Below, one piece after another: positions 45,746-55,031 of a stretch of DNA of 64,000 bases (its first letter is position 1; each line of letters begins with the position of its first letter). The notes beneath the pieces were generated by a model. That model was given only the letters and a program-made list of their open reading frames with translations. It was not told the DNA's origin and ran no database searches. Origin of the DNA: Bacteroidota bacterium (GTDB lineage: Bacteria; Bacteroidota; Bacteroidia; Flavobacteriales; Schleiferiaceae); the NCBI GenBank assembly GCA_016868755.1, contig VGFU01000004.1, forward strand, positions 21,110 through 85,109, written 5' to 3'. A program made the translations under genes and the position numbers.

Positions 45746-47055
45746 AGACAACACTGCTCGCCCTGGCGCTTAACTCGGGACTCTGGGCGCAAGCTCAGTG
45801 GACCGTTACGCCAATAACCAAGGCAGACGGTGCGACCAATTGGGCCTGCGAGCCGTCGGTAACGGTGGATCCCAACGGCAAAAGCGTGTACCTCGGCAAC
45901 GTGCTCAACCAGCTGCACCGAAATCCGCACAACGGAGCCCCCGACGCCTGGGTGCGCAACCAAGGGTTGACCTCGTCAATGGGTGTGTACGGCGACCCCA
46001 TTCTTGCCCACGACTACACGGGTCGACTGTACTACCTGCACCTGGCCGACCCCAGCGGCAAAGGGCGCGCCGGCGAATCCTGGCTTGACCGCATCGTGAT
46101 TCAATGGAGCGACGACCGCGGAAAAACATGGTCTGATGGGGCCGGAATCGGGCACAATCCGCCCAAAGACCAAGACAAAGAAGGAATCGCAATCGATCCC
46201 GCTACCGGCACGCTAAACGTTTCGTGGACCGAGTTTGACGCATACGGTAAAAAAGAACCCGAGTTCCGCTCGCGGATTCGATTCAGCCAGAGCTACGACC
46301 GCGGCGAAACCTGGTCTCCTGCAATCACTGTTTCAAAAAATGAGGGTAATTGCCTCGATGGCGACCAAACCCCAGAAGGAGCGATTCCTGTGGCAGATCC
46401 CTTGGGCGGCGTGGCCGTGGTATGGTCCTACAACGACACGATTTGGATGAACCGTTCTGACGACGACGGGGCGCTGACGTGGCTGCCTTTGGACCGCCCG
46501 ATTGCCTACCAGCGCGGCGGTTGGGCCCACGAGATTCCTGCCCTGGGCCGCGCCAACGGAATGCCCATTTCGTTTTTTGCGCCCGACGGGGTTTGGCACC
46601 TCGTGTTCGGTGAGCAAGACAGCACAGGATCTTGGGTTAGCCATGCGCGTTCCACCGACCGCGGTGAGAGCTGGTCTCCAAGCCGTCGACTTCCGGTGCC
46701 CGACAGCATCAAGCATCACTTTATGCCCTGGTTTGCCCTTGATGCAAGCACGGGTGCCCTGCACGTTTTAGCCTACGGTCAAACGGCCGATCTCCAAACG
46801 CAAGCCTGGGTGCACCGTTCTGACGACGGTGGGAAAACATGGACCGCCACCTCGCTCAGCACGCCCTTTGTGCCTACACCGAAACGCTTTTTTGGCGACT
46901 ACTCGGGCATCGTTGCGCGGAACGGCGAGGTGCACGCCGTTTGGACCGAGCAGCGCGAAGGCATTAATGAGTTGGTGTACGGGCGTTTTGCCGACCCAGC
47001 CAACGACGCAACGACGCAGGCTGACCCGATTCCGCCCAAAAAGCGTCGCCGCTAA
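45730..47055 (+). CDS. BNR/Asp-box repeat (sialidase-fold) secreted protein
   Basis: Signal peptide ...LWAQAQ. Boxes SDDRGKTWS, SYDRGETWS, STDRGESWS and SDDGGKTWT. Confidence 0.7.
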   Translation: METKLKTTLLALALNSGLWAQAQWTVTPITKADGATNWACEPSVTVDPNGKSVYLGNVLNQLHRNPHNGAPDAWVRNQGLTSSMGVYGDPILAHDYTGRLYYLHLADPSGKGRAGESWLDRIVIQWSDDRGKTWSDGAGIGHNPPKDQDKEGIAIDPATGTLNVSWTEFDAYGKKEPEFRSRIRFSQSYDRGETWSPAITVSKNEGNCLDGDQTPEGAIPVADPLGGVAVVWSYNDTIWMNRSDDDGALTWLPLDRPIAYQRGGWAHEIPALGRANGMPISFFAPDGVWHLVFGEQDSTGSWVSHARSTDRGESWSPSRRLPVPDSIKHHFMPWFALDASTGALHVLAYGQTADLQTQAWVHRSDDGGKTWTATSLSTPFVPTPKRFFGDYSGIVARNGEVHAVWTEQREGINELVYGRFADPANDATTQADPIPPKKRRR

Positions 47056-47747
47056 TGCAGCTGCTGCTGGCGTCCACCTCGACCGTTCACGGGGCACCCT
47101 ACTTGAGCTACCTGCGCGACGAGTGGACTCGCTTGTTTGCGAGCAGGCTTGTGGTGTTTGTCCCCTATGCTCGCCCCGGAGGCCTGAGCTGGGACGAGTA
47201 TACGGCCCGTCCCAAGGCGGTGTTTGCGGCAGAGGGCATCACCCTCAAGGGCGTACATGAATTTGAAACTGTCGAAGAGGCCACCCAGCACGCCGAAGCG
47301 TGGTTTGTCGGAGGGGGCAACACCTTTGTCTTGCGCCGCACCCTAGACGAAACAGGCCTAACTCCGTTTCTAGATGCCAGCGTGCGCGGCGGTGTCCCCT
47401 ACATGGGCAGCAGCGCAGGAATCAACCTCGCCGGAATCAGCATTGGCACCACCAACGACATGCCCGTCGTCGAAGTACCCACCCACCGGGCGATGGGTTG
47501 GTTGCCGTTTAACCTGAATCCACACTACCAGGATCCCCTTGCCGGCAGTACCCACATGGGCGAAACCCGCGAGCAGCGCATTGCCGAATTTCACGTGTTC
47601 AACCCCCAACCGGTGGTCGGCTTGCGCGAAGGCAGTTGGATCACCTCCGACGGACAGCACCACGAGCTGCACGGCCCGCATTCCGCCCGGATTTTTCGCG
47701 CCGGAATGCCTCCCTATGAGGCAGAGCCCGGTCGGCTAGCCATCTAG
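47055..47747 (+). CDS. pepE: dipeptidase E (peptidase S51)
   Basis: LLLASTS...FVGGGNTF.L......MGSSAGIN... fits the S51 pattern. TAATG overlap with the upstream gene. Confidence 0.8.
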   Translation: MQLLLASTSTVHGAPYLSYLRDEWTRLFASRLVVFVPYARPGGLSWDEYTARPKAVFAAEGITLKGVHEFETVEEATQHAEAWFVGGGNTFVLRRTLDETGLTPFLDASVRGGVPYMGSSAGINLAGISIGTTNDMPVVEVPTHRAMGWLPFNLNPHYQDPLAGSTHMGETREQRIAEFHVFNPQPVVGLREGSWITSDGQHHELHGPHSARIFRAGMPPYEAEPGRLAI

Positions 47748-47754
47748 AAATTCC

Positions 47755-47762
47755 TACCTTTG
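47755..47762 (+). promoter_or_regulatory. -7 box TACCTTTG, 4 nt before the gpmI GTG start
   Basis: Exact TAnnTTTG match. There is no alternative in-frame start between the upstream in-frame TAG (47737-47739) and GTG 47767. Confidence 0.45.
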
Positions 47763-47766
47763 CCGG

Positions 47767-49284
47767 GTGCGCAAAGCAGTTTTAATCATACTCGACGGCT
47801 GGGGCTTACCTGCCGATCCTTCGGTCTCAGCTATTGACCTCGGCTCAACCCCTTTTTACGACGGACTTTTTAACGCCTACCCCCACAGCCAGCTCGAGGC
47901 AAGTGGGCGTGCGGTCGGCCTTCCCGAGGGCCAAATGGGAAATTCCGAGGTCGGACACATGAACCTGGGCGCAGGCCGCGTGGTGTACCAAGACCTGGTG
48001 CGCATCGATGTGGCCCTCGAAGATGGCTCGTTTGCAACCAACCCCGTTTTTTCAACGCTTGCTCAGCGCGGAGCCTCCGGCCAGCGCATTCACCTTCTTG
48101 GACTACTTAGCGACGGCGGGGTTCATAGCCACATAGCGCACGTCAAAGGAATCCTCAGCGAACTCGCCAAAGCGGGTGCCCAAGAGGTATTTGTCCACGG
48201 ATTCACCGACGGCCGCGACACCGACCCGCAGAGCGGTCAGGCCTTTATTACGGACCTCGAGCAGCATATGGCCCAGACAACCGGTCGTTTAGCGACGCTT
48301 ACGGGCCGATACTACGCCATGGACCGCGATAAGCGTTGGGAGCGCGTCAAAATTGCCTACGACGCCCTCGTGCACGGCCAAGGCACGCCCTGGTCCGGCA
48401 CAGGTCAGGTTGCCCTTGCGTCGTCCTACGCCCACGGAACCACCGATGAATTTTTGCTTCCGCACGTGCTCGATCCCAACGGCTGCATTCGGCCGGGTGA
48501 TGCGGTGTTTTTTATGAACTACCGAACCGACCGCGGCCGCGAACTCACCCAAGCCCTCAGCCAAGGCGGACTCGAGGCCGAAGGGATGCACGCGCTCGAA
48601 GGACTACACTTCGTGACGCTCACCCTCTACGACGCGACGTTCAAAGGAATCGACGTGGTGTTCGAAAAAGACAACCTTAGCGACACGCTTGGCGAGGTCC
48701 TCGAGCGGGCGGGCAAAACCCAAGTTCGCATCGCCGAGACGGAGAAATACCCCCACGTTACCTTTTTCTTTTCGGGAGGGCGCGAAGAGCCGTTCAACGG
48801 CGAATCGCGCATTCTACGGGCATCTCCCAAGGTGGCCACCTACGACATGCAGCCCGAAATGAGCGCTTTTGAACTCCGCGACGCCCTTATCCCCGAGCTT
48901 AAGTCGAACCGTCCCGATTTCGTCTGCCTGAACTTCGCCAACCCCGATATGGTTGGCCATACCGGAGTCCTCGCGGCGGCCATTCGGGCCTGCGAAGTGG
49001 TGGATCAGTGCGCTCAAGCGGTCACTGAAGCAGCCCTTGAACTTGACTACAGCGTGTTCATCTTGGCCGACCACGGCAACGCCGATTGCATGCGCAACCC
49101 CGACGGCAGTCCCCACACGGCCCACACGACTTGTCCGGTTCCGTTCTTCCTCGTATCGCGCGAGGCTAAATCCATTCAGGGCCTCGCCAACGGGGTACTC
49201 GGCGATGTGGCCCCGACCATTTTGGACTGGATGCAGGTTCCGCAGCCCGCGGCAATGACGGGCAAAAGTTTGATTGTGAGATGA
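47767..49284 (+). CDS. gpmI: 2,3-bisphosphoglycerate-independent phosphoglycerate mutase
   Basis: VLIILDGWG...GNSEVGHMNLGAGR...SDGGVHSH...DHGNA. Confidence 0.95.
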   Translation: MRKAVLIILDGWGLPADPSVSAIDLGSTPFYDGLFNAYPHSQLEASGRAVGLPEGQMGNSEVGHMNLGAGRVVYQDLVRIDVALEDGSFATNPVFSTLAQRGASGQRIHLLGLLSDGGVHSHIAHVKGILSELAKAGAQEVFVHGFTDGRDTDPQSGQAFITDLEQHMAQTTGRLATLTGRYYAMDRDKRWERVKIAYDALVHGQGTPWSGTGQVALASSYAHGTTDEFLLPHVLDPNGCIRPGDAVFFMNYRTDRGRELTQALSQGGLEAEGMHALEGLHFVTLTLYDATFKGIDVVFEKDNLSDTLGEVLERAGKTQVRIAETEKYPHVTFFFSGGREEPFNGESRILRASPKVATYDMQPEMSAFELRDALIPELKSNRPDFVCLNFANPDMVGHTGVLAAAIRACEVVDQCAQAVTEAALELDYSVFILADHGNADCMRNPDGSPHTAHTTCPVPFFLVSREAKSIQGLANGVLGDVAPTILDWMQVPQPAAMTGKSLIVR

Positions 49285-50078
49285 TTGTACTTAAGTCCGC
49301 CGACGAAATCGCATTGATGCGCGAATCCGCACAGCTTGTGTCGCGCACTTTGGGCATGCTCGCCGCCGAAATAAAGCCGGGCGTCAGTTCGCTCCAACTC
49401 GACTGTCTTGCCGAAGCCTACATTCGCGACCACGGCGGAATTCCCGCATTTTTAGGCATGTATGGATTTCCGAACAGCCTATGCATGTCGCGAAACGAGC
49501 AGGTGGTGCACGGAATTCCCAACGACCTTCCGCTCGAAGAAGGCGACATCATTTCGGTCGACTGCGGCGTGCTGATGAACGACTTCTACGGCGACCACGC
49601 CTACACGTTTGAAGTGGGTAAAGTGGCTCCCGAGACCCGCAAACTCCTCGACGTTACCAAAGCGTCGCTCTACCTCGGTATTGACGCCATGCGCCGCGGC
49701 AATCGCGTGGGCGACATCGGCCACGCCATCCAAAAACACTGCGAACGCGAAGGTTACGGGGTGGTTCGCGAACTGGTTGGCCACGGTCTTGGCCGCAAGC
49801 TCCACGAGGATCCCCAGGTACCCAACTACGGCAAGCGCGGGTCGGGCAAACTTCTGCAGGACGGCATGGTGCTCGCCATCGAACCCATGATCAACATGGG
49901 TACGCACCGCGTGCGCCAGCTCAAAGACGGTTGGAGCATCGTTACCGGAGACCAAAAGCCTTCGGCGCACTTTGAGCACGACGTTGCCCTTGTGGACGGC
50001 CGGCCGGTGGTCCTATCTACGTTTGATTTCATTTATGAGGCCCTCAGGCTACCCAAAAACGACCCTGTTTTCGCATGA
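49281..50078 (+). CDS. map: type I methionyl aminopeptidase
   Basis: VVHGIP....GDIISVD......GDHAYTF....HGLG..LHE.P.....MVLAIEP...EHDV. Confidence 0.95.
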   Translation: MIVLKSADEIALMRESAQLVSRTLGMLAAEIKPGVSSLQLDCLAEAYIRDHGGIPAFLGMYGFPNSLCMSRNEQVVHGIPNDLPLEEGDIISVDCGVLMNDFYGDHAYTFEVGKVAPETRKLLDVTKASLYLGIDAMRRGNRVGDIGHAIQKHCEREGYGVVRELVGHGLGRKLHEDPQVPNYGKRGSGKLLQDGMVLAIEPMINMGTHRVRQLKDGWSIVTGDQKPSAHFEHDVALVDGRPVVLSTFDFIYEALRLPKNDPVFA

Positions 50079-50842
50079 TACGTTGGGCCCTACGATGGAT
50101 TCCGCGGCCGTGGCTCATTCGCCTGAGTGCCCCGTTGCGTGCGCTTGCCCCGCTGCTCTATGCCGGTTCCAAGTACACCGACCCAATCGACGGGCGGTCC
50201 TACCGCACGTTTCTTCCCTACGGTTACGGCGGAGCCATACGGCCTGAAGTGCTGGCCCCCGGCACCCATTCGCTGGAGCGCCACCGACTTTTGTGGCTCT
50301 ACCTTCAGCGCCACAGCAACTTTTTCACGCAACCCGGCGAGCTCCTCCACATCGCCCCGGAACAGTGCTTCTACCACCGCTTTAAGGCCTTACCGCACCT
50401 CAAGGTGCTCACCGGCGACATCGAGTCGCCCCTGGCCGACCTGCACTTTGACTTGCACCACATTCCGCTAGAAAGCAACCGCTTTGACGTTGTTCTCTGC
50501 AACCACGTCTTGGAGCACGTGACCGATGACGCTCAGTGCCTTCGCGAGCTGTACCGCGTCATGAAGCCCGGCGGATGGGGCATTTTTCAAATTCCCTGGA
50601 TCGCCGGGCGCCTCACCACCGATGAGGATCCCAGCCTTACCGATCCCCGCGAACGCGAACGCCGCTTTGGCCAGTACGACCACGTGCGCATGTACGGCGA
50701 AGATTACGCCGACCGCTTGGCCGCCGCAGGCTTCAGCGTGGATCGCATCGACCTCGCTGACAACATTCCTGCGGACGAATATGCGCGCTATCGCCTCCCT
50801 GTTGGCGAACCCCTCTTTGTGGTGCACAAGCCCACGGCGTAA
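50075..50842 (+). CDS. class I SAM-dependent methyltransferase
   Basis: FDVVLCNHVLEHVTDDAQCLRELYRVMKPGGWGIF is Methyltransf_11-like. ATGA overlap with map. Confidence 0.75.
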   Translation: MIRWALRWIPRPWLIRLSAPLRALAPLLYAGSKYTDPIDGRSYRTFLPYGYGGAIRPEVLAPGTHSLERHRLLWLYLQRHSNFFTQPGELLHIAPEQCFYHRFKALPHLKVLTGDIESPLADLHFDLHHIPLESNRFDVVLCNHVLEHVTDDAQCLRELYRVMKPGGWGIFQIPWIAGRLTTDEDPSLTDPRERERRFGQYDHVRMYGEDYADRLAAAGFSVDRIDLADNIPADEYARYRLPVGEPLFVVHKPTA

Positions 50843-50916
50843 GCGCGCCCCGAAAAGCATTGAAGCAACAAAAAAGACCGCTTGCGCGGGCTTCATTTTT
50901 TTTGTGAGGTGGAGAA

Positions 50917-51723
50917 CTAACCCAGGATGCCCGCGAGCTCCTGAGCCATCTTCTGCTCTTCCTCTTGGGCAAGAAGCGGATCCACCAAAATACGACCCGA
51001 GTGCTCATCAATCGTGATCTTCTTGCGCTGGGCAATCTCCATCTGACGCTGCGGCGGAATCGTGAAGAACGATCCCGCAGAGGCTCCGCGCTCAATGCTC
51101 ACCACGGCCAAACCGTTGCGAACCTTGCCGCGAATGCGGCGGTAGGCGCTGAGCAAGCGGTCGTCGCCCACCACAGCTGATAGCGTTTCGCTCTTGGCGA
51201 GCAGCAACTCCTCTTCGCGCTGCGTCTCGGCGATAATCGTGTCGAGCTCGTTCTTCTTGAACTCAAGGTGGCTCTTGCGCTCGCTGAGCTTCCCTTCTAC
51301 CGAATTCAGGGCGATCGTCTTGTTCTCTAGCGAAGCCTCAAACTCGCGAATGTGCTTTTCGGCAAGTTGAATTTCAAGCTCCTGAAACTCAATCTCCTTA
51401 GCAATCGCATCAAATTCGCGGTTGTTGCGGACGTTTTTCTGCTGCTCTTCGTACTTAGCGATCTTCTCTTGGCAGTTCTTGATCATGAGCTTGTGGCCCT
51501 TGATTTCGGTCTTCGCCTGGTTGATGTCCTCTTGCACTTTGGCAAAACGCGTCTCTAATCCAGCGATTTCGTCTTCCAAATCTTCTACTTCGAGCGGAAG
51601 TTCGCCACGAAGACTGCGGATTTCGTCGATGCGGCGATCAACAATTTGCAAGCTGTACAGCGCACGAAGTTTATCCTCTACTGAGGTGGTCGCGGCGTTT
51701 GATGCAGGTGACTTTTTAGCCAT
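50917..51723 (-). CDS. DUF164-type coiled-coil protein with degenerate (Cys-less) C-terminal zinc-ribbon region
   Basis: Long heptad-rich coiled coil and a C-terminal ..FFTIPPQRQMEI.....GRILV pattern. Conserved pairing with the Nif3 gene upstream (8-nt overlap). Confidence 0.7.
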   Translation of the reverse strand: MAKKSPASNAATTSVEDKLRALYSLQIVDRRIDEIRSLRGELPLEVEDLEDEIAGLETRFAKVQEDINQAKTEIKGHKLMIKNCQEKIAKYEEQQKNVRNNREFDAIAKEIEFQELEIQLAEKHIREFEASLENKTIALNSVEGKLSERKSHLEFKKNELDTIIAETQREEELLLAKSETLSAVVGDDRLLSAYRRIRGKVRNGLAVVSIERGASAGSFFTIPPQRQMEIAQRKKITIDEHSGRILVDPLLAQEEEQKMAQELAGILG

Positions 51724-52825
51724 GGTGGTGGTATGTACGAACGGGACGGTTGTCCGACTCCGAAATTAGGACTGCAAAAGTAACAAATTCTGAGCGAATA
51801 GCCTCGGCCCAATCGTGAACGAATGGCCATTCACTCGGTCCGTGCCCCACATCCACGAGGACCACGTCGCCGGGAGGGTCCTGAAACCCATGGTACTTTA
51901 GGTCTCCGGTAACGTACACATCGGCTTTGGCTGCGGCTGCGGCGCCCACGAAATCGGCTCCCGACCCACCGCAAACGGCAACCCGGTGAACCGAGCGGTC
52001 CAACGGAACGTTGCGGTAGTTGATCGCCGCGGCGCCCAAAGATTCCGCGCAGCGCGCCAAAAAGTCCGATAAGCGCATCGGCACGGGCAGCATACCCACC
52101 GCGCCGTAACCCGCATCGGGCCAATTGCTGCGCAGCGAAATCCACGAATGCGCCACAACCTCATAGGGGTGCACTTCACAGACCGCTCGGTGCACCGCCG
52201 ACTGAAGCGCGGTCGGCACGGTAAACTCGAGGCGTTGCTCGGCCACGGATTCGCGGGTACCTACCGTACCCAAAAAGGGCTGAGCTCCGCTCTTCGGGCG
52301 AAACGTCCCCGTGCCCTCGACAGCAAAATGGCATTGGTCGTAGGATCCGATAGACCCAGCGCCGGCGGCAAAAGCTGCGTCGGCGACCGCAGGCGCATGG
52401 TCCTTGGGCACGTACACGACGTACTGGAGCAAGGCATTTTCCTTGGGCTGAAGGATTTGCGGGTCTGCGATCCCCAATCGGTGCGCCAGCGAAAAACTCA
52501 CTCCGCCCTTGATCTGATCCCAGTTCGTATGCCCGGCATACAGGGCCACGCCGTGCCTGAGCGCCAATGCAACGCTTCGCTCCACTGCATTGCTGCCGGT
52601 CAACCGTTTTAATCCTTTAAAAATGAGCGGATGGTGGCTGAGCACCACATTGCAGCCCCGACGAACCGCTTCTTCGATGACGGCTTCGTCGGCATCCAAG
52701 CAGCACAGTACCCCAGTGACCTCCTGCTGCGGATCGCCCACATGCAGTCCACACTGGTCCCACGACTCTTGCAGCGCAAGGGGCGCCTTCGTCTCCAGCC
52801 AGCGTAAAAGCTCATTCAACTTCAT
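51716..52825 (-). CDS. Nif3-like dinuclear metal centre protein
   Basis: DQCGLHVG, VVLSHHPLIFKGLKRL, TNWD and C-terminal VDVGHGPSE. Internal ATG chosen. Confidence 0.85.
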   Translation of the reverse strand: MKLNELLRWLETKAPLALQESWDQCGLHVGDPQQEVTGVLCCLDADEAVIEEAVRRGCNVVLSHHPLIFKGLKRLTGSNAVERSVALALRHGVALYAGHTNWDQIKGGVSFSLAHRLGIADPQILQPKENALLQYVVYVPKDHAPAVADAAFAAGAGSIGSYDQCHFAVEGTGTFRPKSGAQPFLGTVGTRESVAEQRLEFTVPTALQSAVHRAVCEVHPYEVVAHSWISLRSNWPDAGYGAVGMLPVPMRLSDFLARCAESLGAAAINYRNVPLDRSVHRVAVCGGSGADFVGAAAAAKADVYVTGDLKYHGFQDPPGDVVLVDVGHGPSEWPFVHDWAEAIRSEFVTFAVLISESDNRPVRTYHHHG

Positions 52826-52840
52826 AGGCTGCAAAGAAAC

Positions 52841-52868
52841 AAAAAAGGCCGCCCATGCGGGCGGCCTT
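52841..52868 (-). terminator. rho-independent terminator after rpsA
   Basis: Minus strand reads GGCCGCCC-GCAT-GGGCGGCC followed by T6. Confidence 0.7.
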
Positions 52869-52891
52869 CACCAGTTAAGAACGGTGCAGAA

Positions 52892-54832
52892 TTACTCTTT
52901 GCCTTCCATTTCTTCTTTTAGGCGAGCCAAGCTGTCGAGGTCACCCAAGGTGGCCTTCTCAACTTGCGCATTGATCGACTGTACGGTCGTCTTTGCTCCG
53001 GCGCCCTTAGCAGCGCCCTTCTTGCCCTTACCGCCTTCTACTGCATCTTCTGCGGCACCGCCCTTAAAGGACTGCGTGTGCGAAACCAAAATGCGGCGCG
53101 AATCGCGGTTGAACTCAATTACGCGGAACTCCAGCTCCTCACCTACCGCAATGCTTGAATTGTCTTCTTTGCTTGCGTGGCGGGGAGGACAGTAAGCCTC
53201 AATCTCTTGGTTCGGGAACCAAATATTGAAACCTTTGTCAGCCGTCGACTTCACGGTTCCCGTGTGGCTGCTGCCCACGGCGAACACGTCTTCGAGGTTG
53301 TCCCACGGGTTCTCGTTTACTTGCTTGTGGCCAAGGCTCAAGCGGCGGTTTTCCACGTCGATGTCAAGGACCTTGACTTCGAGTCCGGCGCCCACGGAGG
53401 TAAACTCGCTCGGGTGCTTCACCTTCTTCAGCCACGACAGGTCGCTAATGTGGATCAAACCGTCAATTCCCTCCTCAAGCTCGACAAACACGCCGAAGTT
53501 GGTGAAGTTGCGAACCTTACCGGTGTGCTGTGAGCCAACGGGGTACTTCGCCGTGATGCTTGCCCAGGGGTCTGGAGTAAGCTGCTTGATACCCAACGAC
53601 ATTTTGCGCTCTTCGCGGTCGATTGAAAGAACGGAAGCCTGAACCTCGTCGCCCACTTTGAAAAAGTCTTGGGCTGAACGAAGGTGCGACCCCCAGCTCA
53701 TTTCTGAAACGTGCACCAGACCTTCTACGCCCGAAGCCACTTCGATGAACGCACCGTAGTCCGCGAGAACGACCACTTTACCTTTAATCGTGTCGCCGGC
53801 GGCGATCGATTGATCAAGTGCATCCCAAGGATGAGCAGAAAGCTGCTTGAGGCCGAGCTGAATGCGCGTCTTGGCTTCGTCGAAGTCCAAAATAACGACG
53901 TTCAGCTTCTGATCGAGCTCGACCACCTCTGACGGGTGGTTGATGCGGCTCCACGAAAGGTCGGTAATGTGTACCAGACCGTCGACGCCACCAAGGTCGA
54001 TAAATACCCCGTAGCTCGTGATGTTCTTGACCACCCCTTCGAGTACTTGACCCTTCTCGAGCTGGCCGATGATCTTGCGCTTTTGCTCTTCGAGGTCGGC
54101 CTCGATAAGGGCTTTGTGCGAAACCACCACATTCTTGAACTCGTGGTTGATCTTGACGATCTTGAATTCCATAGTCTTGTCGACGAAGATGTCGTAGTCG
54201 CGAATTGGCTTGACGTCGATTTGCGATCCGGGCAAAAAGGCCTCGAGACCAAAAACGTCGACGATCATACCGCCCTTGGTGCGGGCCTTCACGTAACCTT
54301 GAACGATTTCTTCGGCTTCGAAGGCTTCGTTTACGCGGTCCCAAGCCTTAATCGAGCGGGCCTTGCGGTGCGAGAGCACGAGCTGTCCCAGCTTGTCTTC
54401 TTGCTTGTCCACCAATACCTCTACGACGTCGCCGACTTTGAGGTCGGGATTGTAGCGGAACTCGTTCAGCGATACGACACCTTCAGACTTAGATGAAATG
54501 TCAATGATGGCGTCGCGATCGGTCAACTGAACGACTACGCCATTAACTACTTGGTGCTCTACAGAAGTAACCAGCGTGGCTTCATAAAGCTGCTCCAACG
54601 CCTTGTGTTCTTCGCTGCGCGCACCGTACCCTGATTCGTACGCGTCCCAATCAAAGGTTACGTCTTCTTCTTCGGTATCGAACTCGAGCACAAGCTCTTC
54701 TTCGTCAGCTAGGTCTTCAGCCACCTCTACGGCAACGGCTTCAACGGTTTCTACTTCGGGGGTTGCCTCCACTTCTGCGGTGGCTTGTTCTTGGATTTGG
54801 CCCTCCAATTCGGGGTTTAGCTCTTCAGACAT
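52892..54832 (-). CDS. rpsA: 30S ribosomal protein S1
   Basis: Six S1 (OB) repeats, for example GQVLEGVVKNITSYGVFIDLGGVDGLVHITDLSW. Acidic N-terminal and Gly/Lys/Ala-rich C-terminal extensions. Confidence 0.95.
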   Translation of the reverse strand: MSEELNPELEGQIQEQATAEVEATPEVETVEAVAVEVAEDLADEEELVLEFDTEEEDVTFDWDAYESGYGARSEEHKALEQLYEATLVTSVEHQVVNGVVVQLTDRDAIIDISSKSEGVVSLNEFRYNPDLKVGDVVEVLVDKQEDKLGQLVLSHRKARSIKAWDRVNEAFEAEEIVQGYVKARTKGGMIVDVFGLEAFLPGSQIDVKPIRDYDIFVDKTMEFKIVKINHEFKNVVVSHKALIEADLEEQKRKIIGQLEKGQVLEGVVKNITSYGVFIDLGGVDGLVHITDLSWSRINHPSEVVELDQKLNVVILDFDEAKTRIQLGLKQLSAHPWDALDQSIAAGDTIKGKVVVLADYGAFIEVASGVEGLVHVSEMSWGSHLRSAQDFFKVGDEVQASVLSIDREERKMSLGIKQLTPDPWASITAKYPVGSQHTGKVRNFTNFGVFVELEEGIDGLIHISDLSWLKKVKHPSEFTSVGAGLEVKVLDIDVENRRLSLGHKQVNENPWDNLEDVFAVGSSHTGTVKSTADKGFNIWFPNQEIEAYCPPRHASKEDNSSIAVGEELEFRVIEFNRDSRRILVSHTQSFKGGAAEDAVEGGKGKKGAAKGAGAKTTVQSINAQVEKATLGDLDSLARLKEEMEGKE

Positions 54833-54945
54833 GAGCTTGAGGTCTTGTATCTGGCGCCCAGAAAGGACTGCGGCTTAGCGCGCAGAGACGTTAGGTAGTA
54901 AATCCCTCTTGGCGTCCTTTCGCAACGCGTACCAAAAAGGGATCG

Positions 54946-54953
54946 CAAAGGTA
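54946..54953 (-). promoter_or_regulatory. -7 box TACCTTTG for rpsA (113 nt before ATG, long leader)
   Basis: Exact TAnnTTTG match on the minus strand, downstream of the gltA terminator. Confidence 0.4.
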
Positions 54954-54981
54954 GGTAAAATCCGCGCTCAATCAACGAATT

Positions 54982-55011
54982 AAAATAAAAAAGCCCCGAA
55001 AATCGGGGCTT
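54982..55011 (-). terminator. rho-independent terminator after gltA
   Basis: Minus strand reads AAGCCCCGA-TTT-TCGGGGCTT followed by TTTTATTTT. Confidence 0.7.
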
Positions 55012-55031
55012 AGTTCTACGCAAATGATACG

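Noticed and set aside
50843-50916. Possible bidirectional terminator between the methyltransferase and the DUF164-type gene (AAAAAAGACCGCTTGCGCGGGCTTCATTTTTTTT).
   Set aside because: Only a 4-5-bp GC stem (CCGC/GCGG) can be drawn with confidence. The flanking A/T runs are suggestive, but the hairpin is too weak to call.
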